Positions 60,366 through 64,000 of a DNA stretch of 64,000 bases are shown in pieces. The stretch is from Barthelona sp. PCE (Eukaryota): contig JAUFOR010000008.1 of assembly GCA_040285745.1 (NCBI GenBank), forward strand, positions 992,001 through 1,056,000, written 5' to 3'. The stretch's first letter is position 1; each line of letters opens with the position of its first letter. The notes below the pieces were generated by a model. That model was not told the DNA's origin and did no database searches. It saw only the letters and a list, made by a program, of their open reading frames with translations. The position numbers and the translations under genes are program-made.

Positions 60366-63300
60366 CTAAAGGGAGTTAAGGAGAATGGGGTGTAGTGCAC
60401 GCAACAGGCGCAACACGTATTCGCTATAGACATCGTCTCTATGTTGATTGAGAGACAGTAAAAGGGGGTAAGCATGAATGGAGAAGATGCGGACATGATT
60501 CTCAGGTAAATTCAATATTGACTGCAGAATGTGAGAAACCCTGTGCTTGATGATGACGTCCGGAGGCACAGGACTGTCTAATTCACACACAAAATCAAAA
60601 AACGGTTCCAGCAGCTGGTCAAGAAGATTCTGCCTGAAATCAGACCTTACAATGACATCCAGGCATGAAGTGATCATCTTATCTGACAGTTCAAATGATC
60701 CAACATCACTTAAACCGATCAAAAAGGGGATAATATCGTTCTCCAACTGCTTTTGCTCAAAATACTCAGAAACAATTGGATACAGTGCTGGTTCTACCTT
60801 GATGACATCTGCAATCGTTGAAATATACGTATCTGTTGTTGTCTTTGCCATAACAGGAAGCAGTATCCGCTTGATATCAAGATGAGTGTCAAGTAATGTA
60901 GGGTCTGGTAACATATCTACAGATATGTCTGCTTGTTCAACCAACAACTCAAAAGATTCGTGCATGAACTCGCGAACCTGTTTTGATCTCAAAGAGGTGC
61001 GCTTCTCTGAGAACGGCTCAAGCAACTCTTTCAAAAAGAATGAGGCCAGCTGGTTATGAGCATCAATTGCACTCTCTTCCGCAATCATGTCATCGATGGG
61101 CACAATGCCAGGAACAGAATGGGGATACACCGTCTTAAGCCGAAGAGACTGAAACAGCATGCTGAACAAACACTCAACACCACGAGAAACGGTAATATAT
61201 CCACCACAAACTTCATCAACCACCCTAATAAAGTGACTGAGAAGGTACACGAAATTCATGGGGGTGTCTGTGTGTTCTGCTGCAGCAATACTGAACACTT
61301 CCAGCAAACGCAGAGCGTACTTAGAAGAAAGTGACGATTTCAACACAACCAATAGTTTCTCGAACTCGGCGCATGTGCACTTTATCAATTGGAGCATCAT
61401 AAGACACACTATGGCAACTAGCTCATCAGAGTCGTGTTCAATCGCATTTTTGGTCAAACTCAAGGCGTTTTCAAACAGCAAACTCCGAAACCAATCTGAA
61501 TCATCGAGCTTACGCAGCGGGAACAGTCCCTCGATGAGCGCTACCGTGATTCCCTTCTTTTTGTTTGAAAGAGAAGTATGAGCGAGCTCAACCGAGAGAG
61601 TAATGTATTGTCTCTGCATTTCTTGTGTTAAAACCGAGAAATGTGTGTTAAAGAGGGAACAGAATGTCTGCGCGATACTTTCCAAGAGATCTTCATCAAG
61701 CTCGTTATCTCTGATTATTTCTAAAAATTTTGACAAAATCCTCTCCATCATGAGCTGTAATTGCATTGAATCCTTAACCAACATTGTACTCAAGCTGTCT
61801 CCGAGATCCCACATATGACTTAACAACGAAAAAATGACATTTTTTGTTGTTTTTCCATCAATCAGGTACAACAAAAAAGATGTAAAATTATCAAGTGTTG
61901 AGATATCCACTTCCTCAATCCTGTTCAGAACGATGCTAATGAGAGGGAGAGGATCAACCCCGTGCACACTATGCTTTTTAGTGAGCATATTGGTATACTC
62001 CATGAACGTTGGGAAGAACGACCACAGTCCCTTGATGAGCATACGGTGGAAGAAGCTCAGAAAGACACGGACGGGGGATGGAAATGTCTCGCATAATTCA
62101 ACAAGATGTTGCCCAACATGAAAATCAAAGCTACATATACGGTCGGGACTATGGAGTGGAGTGGAAATTCTGTTAACATTAATAGCTTTACGGTCTTCCG
62201 CGGAGAGTATGACGAACATCAGAGGAGGCATATCTAATGCCCTGTAAAGGGTCTCGCAATGTGAGAATATCGTCTTAGTATTATTGGGATTCTCCTCGAA
62301 AACACGAAACTTCCTTGCACCCATATCAATCAAGCCCAGGAAGCGCTCTTCGTCGCCAACTGTAGATTTTCGGGTGGGTTCAACGGGGTTTGCCTCAAAA
62401 TTGAGTAACGGAAAATAAACCTCTTCGAGGAAATGCAAAAAAACTGCTTCATTCTCACAACTTCCAAAGAGCTGCAGTGAAAGGCTGTGTAAAACATCAA
62501 TGAAGATATGAGATCTGTCCAAGTTCGCTTGTAAAACGTCAAAAAGTGCTGAGAATACATTGTAACCGGACAAACTGGTCTTTTGGAAGAATCCGTCCAT
62601 GTTGTCACGCTGTTTCCCCACCAGGGAGCACAGAGCGATGGACATATGGGTAAAACTGGAATCGTTTAGTCGGTGGGTCGATGAAAAAAACTGAGAGTAT
62701 AAAAGCACCCTAAACTTATCATTTCTGTAATCTCCGTTGAATAAAACGTCTAGAACAACCGTCCATACCGTCATTATCCAGTCAGGGAGGCAATGCAACA
62801 CGAAAAGAATGATGTTGACTGTCTTGTGATGAGAGCATCCCATTAGCACTGTGAGGCAAGTTGTTAACAACTCCATGTCCTCCTTTAGCACGATGCAGAG
62901 CATCAGATGCATGAAGCAGAACGAGAGCGTGTCAAGGGAGTAGGATGCAATAAGGTCGATCATGCCATTCGTAAAGGTGCGCAAAACAGTTCCGGAATAA
63001 TCATCAGCAATTGAGGGATTGCAGCTCATGTACACGATTGAGTTGCTCAGTATCTCCAGCGTGTAGACGCACGTTGATATAAGAGAAGAAGTGGTGTACA
63101 TCGATGGGTCACGAACAGTAAAAACGTTAAAAATTTTGTGCTTAAAAACCTCATTTTCAGCTTGAAGTGCAGTCTTACAAATGGATAAAATCTGCACTAT
63201 TCTCTTAATTGCGACGTGAACTGAACGCAAAAAGAAGCAGCGATCAATAACTGTGAAAACACAGCAAATACCATATACTGCAAGACCAGTTCTCAGTAAA

Positions 63301-64000
63301 TTTAACCTTTTAGTATTTGCGTTGAGGATACTGACCAGCCCATCGAACAGTTTATCTGCCATTTCATTTTTACCTTTCGAAGAAAAACCAATAATTGCAC
63401 CACTAACCAACTTGATATAACCAACGAATAAATCATTAGGAATATTTTTTGAAGTGATGACACGAATTAACTTTCTATATAACATATGATCAAAGTCACT
63501 TTGGAAATCAATCATCGTGTCTCCGAATCTTAGAAATATATTACTCAACAATGTTAATGCTAATACAGGTGTAAAAGGTCTCGAAACATTAGGGTCTATG
63601 ATGCTTGTTGTGAGTAGTACGAATATTTCATAGGCGTAATCCTTACTTTCGTTAAAAAAGTGATCAATAATTTGTTCCAAAACAGCGAGTGCAGTATTCC
63701 TGCTAAACCCGCTATAATTTCGATCACATAGTCCTAGGACGACCAGCATCATCCTCATGTACTTTAAGGAGATGTTTTCTGACGGTACAGTGGTGCCCAA
63801 CAAAAGAGTGAGTTGAGAAATACGAAGAATTACTTCTTCCTGTGCACGACCTCCCGAAACAATCTCATGGAGTTCACTAACGATGGTCCCAATGGCAGAT
63901 GACGGGTATGCGTTGTGCTGAACGAGAAGTTGAAGACTATTGAGCACTGGAATGTGCACCTTAGAATACTTTGGGTGCAAGCATAGCAAAAATGGACGAA
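60366..64000 (-). CDS. MON2: Mon2-like ARM-repeat trafficking protein, 5'-truncated by the window edge
   Basis: Frame is open to the window end (RPFLLCLHPKYSK...). DCB-like motifs EVILRISQ and NTALAVLEQII; Mon2-like QANLDRSH and NVIFSLLSHMWDLGD; no Sec7 catalytic motif seen. Confidence 0.6.
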   Translation of the reverse strand, partial: RPFLLCLHPKYSKVHIPVLNSLQLLVQHNAYPSSAIGTIVSELHEIVSGGRAQEEVILRISQLTLLLGTTVPSENISLKYMRMMLVVLGLCDRNYSGFSRNTALAVLEQIIDHFFNESKDYAYEIFVLLTTSIIDPNVSRPFTPVLALTLLSNIFLRFGDTMIDFQSDFDHMLYRKLIRVITSKNIPNDLFVGYIKLVSGAIIGFSSKGKNEMADKLFDGLVSILNANTKRLNLLRTGLAVYGICCVFTVIDRCFFLRSVHVAIKRIVQILSICKTALQAENEVFKHKIFNVFTVRDPSMYTTSSLISTCVYTLEILSNSIVYMSCNPSIADDYSGTVLRTFTNGMIDLIASYSLDTLSFCFMHLMLCIVLKEDMELLTTCLTVLMGCSHHKTVNIILFVLHCLPDWIMTVWTVVLDVLFNGDYRNDKFRVLLYSQFFSSTHRLNDSSFTHMSIALCSLVGKQRDNMDGFFQKTSLSGYNVFSALFDVLQANLDRSHIFIDVLHSLSLQLFGSCENEAVFLHFLEEVYFPLLNFEANPVEPTRKSTVGDEERFLGLIDMGARKFRVFEENPNNTKTIFSHCETLYRALDMPPLMFVILSAEDRKAINVNRISTPLHSPDRICSFDFHVGQHLVELCETFPSPVRVFLSFFHRMLIKGLWSFFPTFMEYTNMLTKKHSVHGVDPLPLISIVLNRIEEVDISTLDNFTSFLLYLIDGKTTKNVIFSLLSHMWDLGDSLSTMLVKDSMQLQLMMERILSKFLEIIRDNELDEDLLESIAQTFCSLFNTHFSVLTQEMQRQYITLSVELAHTSLSNKKKGITVALIEGLFPLRKLDDSDWFRSLLFENALSLTKNAIEHDSDELVAIVCLMMLQLIKCTCAEFEKLLVVLKSSLSSKYALRLLEVFSIAAAEHTDTPMNFVYLLSHFIRVVDEVCGGYITVSRGVECLFSMLFQSLRLKTVYPHSVPGIVPIDDMIAEESAIDAHNQLASFFLKELLEPFSEKRTSLRSKQVREFMHESFELLVEQADISVDMLPDPTLLDTHLDIKRILLPVMAKTTTDTYISTIADVIKVEPALYPIVSEYFEQKQLENDIIPFLIGLSDVGSFELSDKMITSCLDVIVRSDFRQNLLDQLLEPFFDFVCELDSPVPPDVIIKHRVSHILQSILNLPENHVRIFSIHAYPLLLSLNQHRDDVYSEYVLRLLRALHPILLNSL

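Overview
A 64-kb piece of a very gene-dense, intron-poor, AT-rich eukaryotic nuclear genome, read with the standard genetic code. It is most consistent with an anaerobic protist, probably a metamonad (inference from PFO, a flavodiiron protein and Giardia/Trichomonas-style introns). About 38 protein genes are packed with very short spacers. Most are housekeeping: RING E3, RanBD protein, La-related, CWC21, Vps55, GDAP2, PIG-A, cyclin, Vps11, Rab, DHX37, PHF5A, MUS81, XPD, UBC4, BRF1, RPL4, TBCA, GET3 and Mon2. The standout is a single 1840-aa ORF (36394-41916) fusing pyruvate:ferredoxin oxidoreductase, a CPR-type flavodoxin and a complete flavodiiron O2/NO reductase, i.e. a candidate one-chain pyruvate:O2/NO oxidoreductase. 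Also seen directly: (1) a 1336-bp hAT-type transposon with perfect 55-bp TIRs and an 8-bp TSD, 12 nt upstream of a host ATG; (2) three introns sharing a fused 12-nt branch point/3' splice site; (3) a recurrent TTTCAC motif before start codons; (4) no TGA among 37 visible stop codons; (5) a 42-bp PFO fragment copied downstream of the fusion gene; (6) a dispersed orphan 'MPR' protein family. All assignments come from motif recognition by eye; no database searches were run.
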